A DNA stretch of 64,000 bases from Dehalococcoidia bacterium (GTDB lineage Bacteria > Chloroflexota > Dehalococcoidia > SM23-28-2 > RBG-16-64-32): positions 1,056,001 through 1,120,000 of the forward strand of contig CAXXTF010000002.1 of assembly GCA_963665775.2 (NCBI GenBank), read 5' to 3'. Below are positions 9,165-18,211 of the stretch, piece after piece (the first letter of the stretch is position 1; each line of letters opens with the position of its first letter). Both the position numbers and the translations under genes were made by a program. Under the pieces are notes generated by a model, which saw nothing but the letters and a program-made list of their open reading frames with translations, was not told where the DNA came from and searched no databases.

Positions 9165-11492
9165 TTGACGAAACGAAACAGAAAGGGTCCTTCGACAAGC
9201 CCTCGGGCTAAGGCCCTCAAGGCCGAAGGCTCAGGACATGCCCTGGTGGTGGTGGAATCGCCGGCCAAGGCACGAACAATATCACGGATCCTGGGCTCGG
9301 GCTACGAGGTGAAGGCCTCCATAGGCCATGTGCGGGACCTCCCCAAGTCCGCCCTGGGGGTGGACATCGAGAAGGGGTTCTTGCCCAAATATGTTGTGCC
9401 GCGAGAGAAGAGCAAGGCCGTGAAGGAGATCCGCGAAGCCGCCCGGCGAGCGGGCACCGTCTACCTTGCGACAGACCCCGACCGCGAGGGGGAGGCGATC
9501 GCCTGGCACCTTCTAGAGGCGGCTGGCTTGAACGGCCTGCCTCATAGTCGGGTGGTCTTCCATGAGATCACACCACAGGCCGTTCAGGAAGCTTTCCGTC
9601 ATCCCCGGGGGATCGACATGCAGCTAGTGGACGCCCAGCAGGCGCGTCGGGTGCTGGACCGGCTGGTGGGATACCGGCTGAGCCCCTTCCTCTGGAAGAA
9701 AGTTCGCCGCGGCTTATCCGCCGGCCGGGTACAGTCCGTAGCCCTGCGCCTGGTGGCGGAACGCGAGCGCGAGATCCAGGGCTTCGTGGCACAGGAGTAC
9801 TGGTCGATCGAGGCGGCTCTCGAGAAGGAGAACGCAGATCCCAAATTCCGAGCCAAGCTATCCGGTTACAGCGGAAGGCGGCAGAAGCTGGAGATATCCA
9901 GCGAGACCGACTCCAAACGGCTAGTCGACCTGCTGCAGACGGCGGCTTACAAGGTGCGAGGCGTCCAGAAGAAGGTCCAGCTGCGCCGGCCGGCGGCGCC
10001 CTTCATCACCAGCACCCTGCAGCAGGAGGCATCGCGCCGGCTGGGCTTCACGGCCCGGCGCACGATGGCGGTGGCTCAGCAGCTCTACGAGGGCGTATCC
10101 CTGGGCAGCAAGGGCGAGGTGGGCCTCATCACCTACATGCGGACCGACTCCACCCAGGTCGCCGCGTCCGCCCAGGAGGAGGCGCGCAGCTACGTCCGCG
10201 ACCGCTTCGGGGCAGACTTCCTGCCAGCCTCGCCCCGCGTTTATCGGAAGAAGGTGAAGGGCGCCCAGGAGGCCCACGAAGCGATCCGACCCACTTCGGC
10301 ATTCCGGACGCCGGAGAGCGTGAAACGGTCTCTGACCAACGATCAGTATCGACTGTATAACCTGATCTGGCAGCGCCTGGTGGCCAGCCAGATGGCCGAT
10401 GCCACGTTCGACGTGACGACGGCGGAGATCGAGGCGAGGCCAGTGCAGGACCGGGACGCGTACCTGCTCCGCGCCACGAACACCCAGTTGCGCTTCCCCG
10501 GCTACCGGCAGGTGTACGAGGAGGGCCGGGACGAGGAGGAAGAGGAAGCGCTGGGCACCAACCCCCTGCCCGAGCTGTCTGTGGACGACCCTCTCCGGCT
10601 TCTGGAGTTGCTCCCCGAGCAACACTTCACGGAACCGCCGGCCCGCTACACGGAGGCCAGCCTGGTCAGAGCCCTGGAGGAGAAGGGGATTGGGCGACCC
10701 AGCACCTACGCGCCGACGATGTCGACCATCCAGGAGCGGGGCTACGTCGAAAAGGACGGGCGCTACCTGCGGCCGTCCGATCTGGGCTTCGTCGTGAACG
10801 ATCTGCTGGTCGAGCACTTTCCGGACTTCGTCGACATGGGGTTCACCGCCGAAATGGAGGAGGAGCTAGACGAGATCGCCAGCGGAGAGCGGCCCTGGCA
10901 GCCGATGGTGCAGGAGTTCTACAGCCCCCTGGAGGAAGCCCTCACGCGCGCGGCAGCCGCTCCCAAGCAGGAGGAGGCCACCGACGAGCGGTGCTCCGAA
11001 TGTGGCCGGCCTATGGTGATCCGCTGGGGCCGACGGGGTCAGTTCCTGGCCTGTAGCGGTTTCCCGGAGTGCCGTGGCACACGGTCCCTGGATGGCGAGG
11101 AGGAAGCGCCCGAAGCCACAGACGAGACTTGCCAGGAGTGTGAAGCACCCATGGTGGTCAGGAGCGGCCGCTTCGGGCGGTTTCTGGCCTGCAGCCGCTA
11201 CCCGGAGTGCAAGGGCCGACGACCGCTGACCGCCAAGACCGGCGTGACCTGCCCTCGCTGCGGGGGAGAGATCGTGGAACGGCGCTCCAAGCGGAAACGC
11301 CTCTTCTTCGGATGTTCCAACTACCCCAAGTGCGAATTCACAGCCTGGAGCCGGCCGCTATCACAGCCCTGTACGCGATGCGGCGGCCTGCTGACGGCGG
11401 AGCGCGAGGGGAAGGCCAAATGCAGCGCCTGCGACTGGCGGGGCGAGGTAGGGGCGGAGGCCCCACAGCCGGAGCCCACCACCGTTACTTGA
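9165..11492 (+). CDS. topA: DNA topoisomerase I
   Basis: VVESPAKA, ATDPDREGEAI, SAGRVQS, LITYMRTDS, QEAHEAIRPT, GIGRPSTYA; C-terminal zinc ribbons. Confidence 0.97.
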   Translation: MTKRNRKGPSTSPRAKALKAEGSGHALVVVESPAKARTISRILGSGYEVKASIGHVRDLPKSALGVDIEKGFLPKYVVPREKSKAVKEIREAARRAGTVYLATDPDREGEAIAWHLLEAAGLNGLPHSRVVFHEITPQAVQEAFRHPRGIDMQLVDAQQARRVLDRLVGYRLSPFLWKKVRRGLSAGRVQSVALRLVAEREREIQGFVAQEYWSIEAALEKENADPKFRAKLSGYSGRRQKLEISSETDSKRLVDLLQTAAYKVRGVQKKVQLRRPAAPFITSTLQQEASRRLGFTARRTMAVAQQLYEGVSLGSKGEVGLITYMRTDSTQVAASAQEEARSYVRDRFGADFLPASPRVYRKKVKGAQEAHEAIRPTSAFRTPESVKRSLTNDQYRLYNLIWQRLVASQMADATFDVTTAEIEARPVQDRDAYLLRATNTQLRFPGYRQVYEEGRDEEEEEALGTNPLPELSVDDPLRLLELLPEQHFTEPPARYTEASLVRALEEKGIGRPSTYAPTMSTIQERGYVEKDGRYLRPSDLGFVVNDLLVEHFPDFVDMGFTAEMEEELDEIASGERPWQPMVQEFYSPLEEALTRAAAAPKQEEATDERCSECGRPMVIRWGRRGQFLACSGFPECRGTRSLDGEEEAPEATDETCQECEAPMVVRSGRFGRFLACSRYPECKGRRPLTAKTGVTCPRCGGEIVERRSKRKRLFFGCSNYPKCEFTAWSRPLSQPCTRCGGLLTAEREGKAKCSACDWRGEVGAEAPQPEPTTVT
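9187..9237. repeat. REP-like palindrome with a nested hairpin in the topA 5' coding region
   Basis: GTCC-TTCGACAAG[about 30-nt inner hairpin]CTCA-GGAC; same loop consensus as the alaS element. Confidence 0.6.
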
Positions 11493-12427
11493 TGGAAGCG
11501 CTCCTGGAGGCTTACGTCCGCTACCTAACAGCCGAACGCAACCTCTCGCCCTACACCCTGAGGAACTACCGCACGGACATCCGGGAACTGGGCCACTACC
11601 TGGCGGAAGTGGAAGAACTCGACCCGCTGGCGATCGATCGGCAGACGTTCCGTCGCTACCTAGCCCAGCTGCGCGGCCGCGGCGTAGCGTCCGCTAGCCT
11701 CACCCGCAAGGTGAGCACGATCCGCGGCCTCTATCGCTACCTGGCACAGGAGGGGAAGCTGCCGGCTGACCCCCTGGCCGGCCTGCGCGGACCCAAGCGG
11801 GAACAACGACTGCCCTCCGTGCTGACCAAGGAGCAGCTGACCGCCCTTATCGAGTCGGCGGACGCGGACACACCGCAAGGGCTGCGGGACCGGGCCATCC
11901 TGGAGCTAATGTACGCCGCCGGGGTGCGGCTGAGCGAAGTCGTCGGGTTGGACCTGACCCACCTGGACCTGGCCGAGCAGACCCTGCTGGTGCGCGGCAA
12001 AGGCAACAAGGAGCGGATGGTGCTGGTGGGCCGGCCGGCGGTGGAATCCCTGCGCCGCTACCTCTCCCAGGGACGGCCCAAGCTGGCCAGGGACCGGGAA
12101 CAGGCGCTGTTCGTCAACCGCGACGGGGGCCGCCTTTCGGGCCGATCGGTGCAGAAGATGGTTCGGCGGCATGCCTTGCGGGCCGGCCTGGACCAGCGCG
12201 TCTTTCCCCACCTGCTGCGCCACTCCTTCGCCACCCACCTGCTGGACGGCGGCGCCGAGCTGAGGGTGGTGCAGGAGCTGCTGGGCCACGCCAGCGCCAA
12301 CACCACCCAGATATACACGCACGTGACGGAGGAGCGGCAGCGGGAAGTCTACCTGCGGGCGTTCTATAATAAGGTGCACCAGCGCTCGCGGCGCAAAGTG
12401 TTACCGCATGCGAATCCTTCTAATTAA
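11492..12427 (+). CDS. xerC: Tyrosine recombinase XerC/XerD
   Basis: RDRAILELMYAAGVRLSE, GKGNKER, HLLRHSFATHLL, LLGHASANTTQIYTH; conserved dprA-topA-xerC synteny. Confidence 0.9.
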   Translation: MEALLEAYVRYLTAERNLSPYTLRNYRTDIRELGHYLAEVEELDPLAIDRQTFRRYLAQLRGRGVASASLTRKVSTIRGLYRYLAQEGKLPADPLAGLRGPKREQRLPSVLTKEQLTALIESADADTPQGLRDRAILELMYAAGVRLSEVVGLDLTHLDLAEQTLLVRGKGNKERMVLVGRPAVESLRRYLSQGRPKLARDREQALFVNRDGGRLSGRSVQKMVRRHALRAGLDQRVFPHLLRHSFATHLLDGGAELRVVQELLGHASANTTQIYTHVTEERQREVYLRAFYNKVHQRSRRKVLPHANPSN

Positions 12428-12851
12428 CGGACCGAACCTGAACGCCCTGGGGCAACGCCAGCCCCAGATATACGGCTCCCTCGCGCTCAAGGAGATCGAG
12501 GAGCGGGTGGCCCAGCGCGGACGGGAGCTGGAGGCCGAGTTGCGCTGCTTCCAATCCAACAGCGAGGGCGCCATCATCGACTTTCTGCAGGCCAAGGCCG
12601 CAGGGGCGGACGGCGTCATAATCAACCCAGGCGCCCTCACCCACTACAGCCTGGCCCTGCGGGACGCCCTGGAGGCGACAGAGCTACCCATAATCGAAGT
12701 GCACATCTCCAACATCTACGCTCGTGAGGAGTTCCGTCACCACTCCGTCATCGCCGATATCGCCATGGGCCAGATCAGCGGCCTGGGCTGGCGGGGGTAC
12801 ATATCGGCCCTGGAGGCGCTGGTCGGGTCGCTACAGGAGGACGGCCAGTGA
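12408..12851 (+). CDS. aroQ: Type II 3-dehydroquinate dehydratase
   Basis: LINGPNLNALG, QSNSEG, INPGALTHYS, EVHISNIYAREEFRHHS. Confidence 0.96.
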   Translation: MRILLINGPNLNALGQRQPQIYGSLALKEIEERVAQRGRELEAELRCFQSNSEGAIIDFLQAKAAGADGVIINPGALTHYSLALRDALEATELPIIEVHISNIYAREEFRHHSVIADIAMGQISGLGWRGYISALEALVGSLQEDGQ

Positions 12852-13960
12852 GCGACAGGCTGACTCGGCTGCGCCAGCGAATGGCCGAAGCGAGGCTGGA
12901 GGGCCTCCTGGTGGGGGAGCCCGTGGAGGATACCTTCCACACCCGCTCCGCCCACCGGCGTTACCTCTCGGGCTTTACGGGCTCCGCGGGCTGGCTCCTC
13001 ATCACCCGGGAGCAGGCGTTCATCGCCGTGGACTTCCGCTACTTCGAGCAGGCGGAGCGAGAGTCGCCGGGCTTCTCCATATATCGGATCGCCGGATCGC
13101 TGGAGAAATGGCTGGGGCCGCTGCTGCGGGAGGCCGATCTGGCCGGCAAACGCGTCGGCTACGAGCCGGCGGGCGTCACCGTCGGCAGCTTCCAGGCGAT
13201 GAAGAAGGCGATCCAGGCGCTGCCCGCCGAGGAGCGTCCCAAGCTTCTGGCGGCGCCGCCCCTGGTGGAGGCGATGCGGGCCCTCAAGGAGCCAGGGGAG
13301 ATCGAGCTGCTGCAACGGGCCGTCGACCTGGGGGATGAGGCCTTCGCAGCGGTCGCGGGGTGCATCGAGCCAGGCTGGACGGAGCGGCAAGTAGCCTGGG
13401 AGATCGAGAAGTTCGCCCGCGAGCACGATGCGGAGGGCCTATCCTTCGAGACTATCGTCGCCGCCGGCCCCTGGGGAGCGATGCCTCACGCCCAGCCACG
13501 CGATCGGCCTATCGAGGCTGGCGAGCCCATCGTCATCGATATGGGTGTACGGGTGGAAGGCTACTGCTCGGACCTGACCCGCACGATAGTCGTGGGCAAA
13601 CCGGACCGGAAGTTCGAGCAGATATACGATATCGTTTTGAGCGCCCAACTGACGGCGGAGGAGCTGCTGCGAGGCGGGATGAGCGGCGAAGAGGCCCACC
13701 TGCTGGCCCACAACGTCATCAGCGAGGCAGGCTATGGGGAGAGCTTCGGCCACGGCCTGGGCCACGGCGTAGGCCTCCTCGTCCACGAGTTGCCCAGGCT
13801 GGCCAAGACGTCGAAGGATGAGCTGAAGGACGGCATGGTCTTAACCATCGAGCCGGGGATCTACCTGCCCGGCTGGGGCGGCGTCCGCATCGAGGATATG
13901 GCGGTGATCGAGAACGGCAAGGCGCGGGTGATGACCAGGGCGCCCAAGCTGACTCAGTAG
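12848..13960 (+). CDS. Xaa-Pro aminopeptidase (M24B)
   Basis: YLSGFTGSAG, DFRY, DMG...GYCSDLTRT, HGLGHGVGL, TIEPGIY, GGVRIED; typical aroQ-pepP-efp order. Confidence 0.93.
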   Translation: MSDRLTRLRQRMAEARLEGLLVGEPVEDTFHTRSAHRRYLSGFTGSAGWLLITREQAFIAVDFRYFEQAERESPGFSIYRIAGSLEKWLGPLLREADLAGKRVGYEPAGVTVGSFQAMKKAIQALPAEERPKLLAAPPLVEAMRALKEPGEIELLQRAVDLGDEAFAAVAGCIEPGWTERQVAWEIEKFAREHDAEGLSFETIVAAGPWGAMPHAQPRDRPIEAGEPIVIDMGVRVEGYCSDLTRTIVVGKPDRKFEQIYDIVLSAQLTAEELLRGGMSGEEAHLLAHNVISEAGYGESFGHGLGHGVGLLVHELPRLAKTSKDELKDGMVLTIEPGIYLPGWGGVRIEDMAVIENGKARVMTRAPKLTQ

Positions 13961-13973
13961 GGAAAGGTACCGA

Positions 13974-14540
13974 ATGATCGAAACAGGCGACCTGAGGAAG
14001 GGAACGACTATCGAGATGGACGGCATCCTCTACCAGTTGCTGGAGGTCACGCACCTGAAGCTGGGACGAGGCTCCGCCCAGGTGCGCATGAAGCTGCGGG
14101 ACGTACGCGGCGGCCACACCATCGAGCGGACGGTGCAGGCTGGCTCCCGCTTTACCCGGGCGCGGGTCGAGCGACAGCCCGCCCAGTACCTGTACAACGA
14201 GGACGACCTGCACCACTTCATGAACACAGACACCTTCGACCAGTTCCCCCTCGACAGGGATCGGCTGGGGAACGCCCTGGACTACCTGAAGGAGAACAGC
14301 ACCTGTCAGCTCCTGATGTACGGGGATGAGCCGGTGGGGATCGAGCTGTCGGCGGCGGTGGAGCTGGCGGTAACGGAGACGGACTCCTGGGTGCGCGGCG
14401 ACACGGCCCAGGGCGGCACGAAGCCGGCCAAGCTGGAGACCGGGATCACGGTGCAGGTGCCCCTGTTCGTCAACAAGGGCGACATCCTCAAGGTGGACAC
14501 GCGAACGGGAGAGTATCTGGAGAGGGCGAGATTGGCTTGA
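13974..14540 (+). CDS. efp: Elongation factor P
   Basis: DLRKG, HLKLGRGSA, VRGDTAQGGTKPAKLETG, VPLFV, KVDTRTGEY. Confidence 0.96.
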   Translation: MIETGDLRKGTTIEMDGILYQLLEVTHLKLGRGSAQVRMKLRDVRGGHTIERTVQAGSRFTRARVERQPAQYLYNEDDLHHFMNTDTFDQFPLDRDRLGNALDYLKENSTCQLLMYGDEPVGIELSAAVELAVTETDSWVRGDTAQGGTKPAKLETGITVQVPLFVNKGDILKVDTRTGEYLERARLA

Positions 14541-14542
14541 CC

Positions 14543-14620
14543 GTCATTCGGAGCGCGGCGAGGGTTCTCAAGCGATACGGGAGACCCTGCCCCTTCGCTC
14601 CGCTCGGCGTGCCAGAATGA
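14543..14620. repeat. Intergenic REP/MITE-like inverted repeat
   Basis: TCATTC-GGAGCG...AGGGT / ACCCT...CGCTCCG...GAATGA form nested imperfect inverted repeats between efp and xseA. Confidence 0.6.
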
Positions 14621-14630
14621 GGCCCTGGAG

Positions 14631-15833
14631 ATGGTAAGCATGATCGAGGCGTATCGGGTCTCCTGGCTAAGCGGCTACCTGAAGGAGCTGCTGGAGAGCG
14701 ATCTCAGGCTCGCCGACATCTGGGTGGAGGGCGAGGTCTCCAACCTGAGCCGCTCCAGCGCCGGGCACGCCTACTTCACCCTTAAGGACGAGGAGGCGCA
14801 GATTCGCTGCGTCATGTTCCGCCGGCCTCATACCAGCGTTGATATGGAGAGCGGGACGCAGGTGCTGGCCCACGGCAAGGTATCCTTCTACCAGGCCAGA
14901 GGCGACCTCCAACTGGTGGTGGACTTCGTGCAGCCGGCGGGCGTCGGCGCCCGGCAGGCCGAGTTGGAGCGGCTGAAGGAGAAGCTGGAGGAGGAGGGCC
15001 TGTTCGATCCGGCCCGCAAGCGGCCGCTCCCTCCGTTCCCTCGCCGGATCGGCGTCGTCACCTCTCCCACCGGCGCCGTGTTCCACGACATCCGTAACGT
15101 TGTGGGCCGCCGCTGGCCGCTGGCCGAGGTCGTGCTGGCGCCAACGCCAGTGCAGGGGGCCGAGGCCACCGCCGGCATCTGCGGGGCGATCCACCGGCTC
15201 AATGGGGAAGCCGACATCGACGTTATCATCGTGGCCCGGGGCGGCGGCTCCCTTGAGGAGTTGTGGTCCTTCAACGAGGAGTCGGTCGCGCGCGCCATCT
15301 ACGGCAGCCGCCTGCCGGTGGTATCCGGAGTGGGACACGAGACCGACTACACGATTGCGGACTACGTGGCCGACGTGCGAGCGCCCACGCCCTCCGCAGC
15401 AGCGGAGACGGCGGTGCCAGAGCGGGCCGAGGTAACACGGCGCATCGAAGGGCTGGCGCTCTCGCTGCTGAGCGAGACGATGGGCCAACTGAACCGCAGC
15501 CGCGTCGACCTGGAGCGAACGTCGCAGCGGCTGCGCTGGGCCCTGCCCGACCCGTCGCGAGAGGGAGAGCGGCTGGCTGCCCTGATCAGGCACGCTCGGA
15601 GCGTCATGGGTCGGGGCCTGGAACAGCAAGCCGAGCGTCTGAACGGTTTCGCCCTGCAGCTGCGCTCCCTGGACCCGCAACGCACCCTGTCTCGAGGCTA
15701 CACCGTCGTCCAGCTCCGAGACGACAAGCAGGCGATAACCAGCGTGCGGCAGGTGAAGGGACGCGACCGGCTGGACATCCACGTGAAGGACGGACGGTTC
15801 CCGGCGGAGGTATCGCGCCAGTATGGGTTCTAG
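14631..15833 (+). CDS. xseA: Exodeoxyribonuclease VII large subunit
   Basis: WVEGEVSN, GHAYFTLKD, GVVTSPTGAV, ARGGGSLEELWSFN, SGVGHETD, APTPSAAAE. Confidence 0.96.
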   Translation: MVSMIEAYRVSWLSGYLKELLESDLRLADIWVEGEVSNLSRSSAGHAYFTLKDEEAQIRCVMFRRPHTSVDMESGTQVLAHGKVSFYQARGDLQLVVDFVQPAGVGARQAELERLKEKLEEEGLFDPARKRPLPPFPRRIGVVTSPTGAVFHDIRNVVGRRWPLAEVVLAPTPVQGAEATAGICGAIHRLNGEADIDVIIVARGGGSLEELWSFNEESVARAIYGSRLPVVSGVGHETDYTIADYVADVRAPTPSAAAETAVPERAEVTRRIEGLALSLLSETMGQLNRSRVDLERTSQRLRWALPDPSREGERLAALIRHARSVMGRGLEQQAERLNGFALQLRSLDPQRTLSRGYTVVQLRDDKQAITSVRQVKGRDRLDIHVKDGRFPAEVSRQYGF

Positions 15834-15852
15834 AGCCGGGACAAGGCGGTAG

Positions 15853-16158
15853 ATGGCTCCCAAAAAGAAGGAAGGATTCGAGGCGCTGTACCTCCACCTA
15901 GAGGAGGCCGTGGCGCGGCTGGAGGAGGGCGGCCTGACCCTTCAGGAATCGCTGGCCCTGTACGAGGAGGGGATGAAGCTGGCCCGCCGCTGCCAGGATC
16001 TACTACAGCAGGCGGAGCTGCGGGTGACGCGGCTGAAGGAGGCGTTCGCGGGGGAGCCGGAGGGTTCGGGCGAGGAGAGCGAGGGCCTCCTCCCGGAGGA
16101 AGGGGCGAGCACCGTTCAGGAAGAGACGCCCCTGGACGGCTCGACGGGATCGCTCTGA
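15853..16158 (+). CDS. xseB: Exodeoxyribonuclease VII small subunit
   Basis: FEALYLHLEEAVARLEEGGLTLQESLALYEEGMKL; follows xseA. Confidence 0.92.
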   Translation: MAPKKKEGFEALYLHLEEAVARLEEGGLTLQESLALYEEGMKLARRCQDLLQQAELRVTRLKEAFAGEPEGSGEESEGLLPEEGASTVQEETPLDGSTGSL

Positions 16159-16159
16159 C

Positions 16160-16831
16160 ATGAGCGACGCGCGACTTCTCCATGCGGACCTGCACAGCCA
16201 CACCCACTACTCGCCGGACGGCATCATCTCGCCGCGGCGGTTCGTGGAAGCCTGCCGCCAGAAGGGGATCGACTGCGTGGCGGTGACCGACCATAATACG
16301 ATCCGGGGTGCACTGGCGGTGCGCGAGTTAGCAGACTTCCGAGTCATCGTGGGCGAGGAGATACGGTCAGCTGACGGCGAGATTATCGGCCTGTTTCTCA
16401 CGGAGGAGGTACCCCGAGGGCTGCCAGCGGAGGAGACCATCGAGCGGGTGAAGGGCCAGGGCGGTCTGGTCGGCATCCCGCATCCCTACGACCGGCTTCG
16501 CAGCGCCCTGCGACACGAGGAGATGCTGCGCCTGGCCGAACGGATCGACTTTATCGAGGCGCTCAACGCTCGCATAGTGTTCCCCGGCAATAACGATAAG
16601 GCGGGTCGCTTTGCCCAGGAGCATGGCCTGGCCATCTCGGCGGGCAGCGACGCCCACTCCCCTGGGGAGTTCGGGCGAACCTACGTCGAGATGCGGGAGT
16701 TCGACGGCGCACCGGATTTCCTGGAAGCGTTGCGCGGGGGCAGGCTCATCGGCAAGCTGTCGAGCCCACTGGTGCACTTCTGGACCCGCTACGCCGTCTT
16801 GCGACGAAAGCTGGGCTGGAGGCCGGCCTAG
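16160..16831 (+). CDS. PHP-domain metal-dependent phosphoesterase
   Basis: DLHSHTHYSPDG, AVTDHN, GEEI, HP, GSDAH. Confidence 0.9.
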   Translation: MSDARLLHADLHSHTHYSPDGIISPRRFVEACRQKGIDCVAVTDHNTIRGALAVRELADFRVIVGEEIRSADGEIIGLFLTEEVPRGLPAEETIERVKGQGGLVGIPHPYDRLRSALRHEEMLRLAERIDFIEALNARIVFPGNNDKAGRFAQEHGLAISAGSDAHSPGEFGRTYVEMREFDGAPDFLEALRGGRLIGKLSSPLVHFWTRYAVLRRKLGWRPA

Positions 16832-17656
16832 ATGCTGACGCTGGGCTGGTTCTCCACCGCTCGCGGACCCACCTCGCGCCAGCTGCTGGCCGCCGCCCAG
16901 GACGAGATCGCGGCAGGGCGGCTGCAAGCGCGCATCAACGTCGTCTTCTGCAACCGCGAGCCGGGGGAAGACCCGCAGACGGACGCCTTCCTGGAACAGG
17001 TGCGGGGCTACGGCCTGCCCCTCGTCTGTTTGTCTTACTCCCGCTACCGCCGGGAGCGTGGCCTGCCGCTTGCCAGAAAGGGCGCGCCCCTGCCGGCCTG
17101 GCGTCACGACTATGACCGCGAGGTGATGCGGCTGCTGGAGCCTTACGCCTTCGATCTCGGCGTCCTGGCGGGCTACATGCTGATAAACACCGACATGATG
17201 TGCAACCGCTACGACATGCTGAACCTGCATCCGGCAGCCCCGGGCGGCCCCGCCGGGATGTGGCAGGACGTCATCTGGGAACTTATTGAGTCTCGGGCAC
17301 AGAAGTCTGGCGTGATGATGCACCTGGCGACGCCGGAGCTGGACGCGGGCCCGCCCGTGACCTTCTGCTCCTATCCCATCCGCGGCGATGCCTTCGAGGA
17401 GCGGTGGCGGGAGATCGAGAGTCGACGCGTCGCCGAGGTGCGAGCGGCGGAGGGGGAGGAGCATGCGCTGTTCAAGGAGATCCGCCGGCACGGCGTGGCG
17501 CGGGAGCTGCCGCTCGTGGTGGAGACGCTGCGGGCCCTCGCCGATGGCCACGTGCATCTCCGCGACAAACGACTCCTCGATGCCGACGGCCGCCACATCC
17601 AGGGCTACGACCTCACGGACGATGTCGAGCGGGTCGTGGCCTCGACGCTGGCCTAG
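16832..17656 (+). CDS. Formyltransferase, PurN-like
   Basis: LAGYM, LNLHPA, HLATPELDAGPP (N/H/D formyltransferase triad); N-terminal GAR-binding loop is atypical (FSTARG). Confidence 0.75.
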   Translation: MLTLGWFSTARGPTSRQLLAAAQDEIAAGRLQARINVVFCNREPGEDPQTDAFLEQVRGYGLPLVCLSYSRYRRERGLPLARKGAPLPAWRHDYDREVMRLLEPYAFDLGVLAGYMLINTDMMCNRYDMLNLHPAAPGGPAGMWQDVIWELIESRAQKSGVMMHLATPELDAGPPVTFCSYPIRGDAFEERWREIESRRVAEVRAAEGEEHALFKEIRRHGVARELPLVVETLRALADGHVHLRDKRLLDADGRHIQGYDLTDDVERVVASTLA

Positions 17657-17729
17657 GATCGTTTTTCGACGACCGGGCGGCTGCGGTATAATATCTAGCG
17701 CCGATCGGCGTTCTGCCCTGGAGGATTAC

Positions 17730-18089
17730 ATGAGATGTGCAGTCTGTGGAGCCTATGGAGCCCTGGAAGATAACTTCTGCCGCCGCTGCGGCGCTGGCCA
17801 GCACACCTCGCGCTTGCCCGTGAAACGGACGCCGGCCCTGCCGACCCCGTGGCGACAGGCGGCTCCGGCCCTGGCCCAAAGCGCCGCCCTCGTCGTGGCC
17901 GGAGTGGCCGCCGAGTGGCTCCTGCGCAGAGCGGCCACGCGAGTGCTGCGGCTGCCCCTGGATCTCCTGGGACAGCCCGCGCGCCCGAAGAGCAAGGCGC
18001 TGGCGCTGCGCGGGCGGAAGCCCGCATCCGAGGGCGCCCTGGCGATCAGCGAGACCGTGGTGATGCGCCGGATCATCCTCCGCCGCTAG
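17730..18089 (+). CDS. Zinc-ribbon hypothetical protein
   Basis: GGAGG RBS; MRCAVCG...NFCRRCG followed by a hydrophobic segment; TATAAT at 17687-17692. Confidence 0.75.
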   Translation: MRCAVCGAYGALEDNFCRRCGAGQHTSRLPVKRTPALPTPWRQAAPALAQSAALVVAGVAAEWLLRRAATRVLRLPLDLLGQPARPKSKALALRGRKPASEGALAISETVVMRRIILRR

Positions 18090-18145
18090 ATCCCCTACCG
18101 CCGAACCCCCCATAACGTCCGGTCTAAGTCCTCCTGCGCCCTTTG

Positions 18146-18173
18146 TTGACAAATTATCGGCTTCAGCTAGAAT
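18146..18173 (+). promoter_or_regulatory. Putative promoter of the surface-protein gene
   Basis: TTGACA-N16-TAGAAT. Confidence 0.55.
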
Positions 18174-18211
18174 GTACGTGACCAATCCTCCTGAAAGCCT
18201 CAGGCTCTCTA

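Noticed and set aside
11492-12427. Tyrosine recombinase as the integrase of a mobile element
   Set aside because: It sits in the conserved dprA-topA-xerC context, overlaps housekeeping neighbours, and has no att repeats or cargo.
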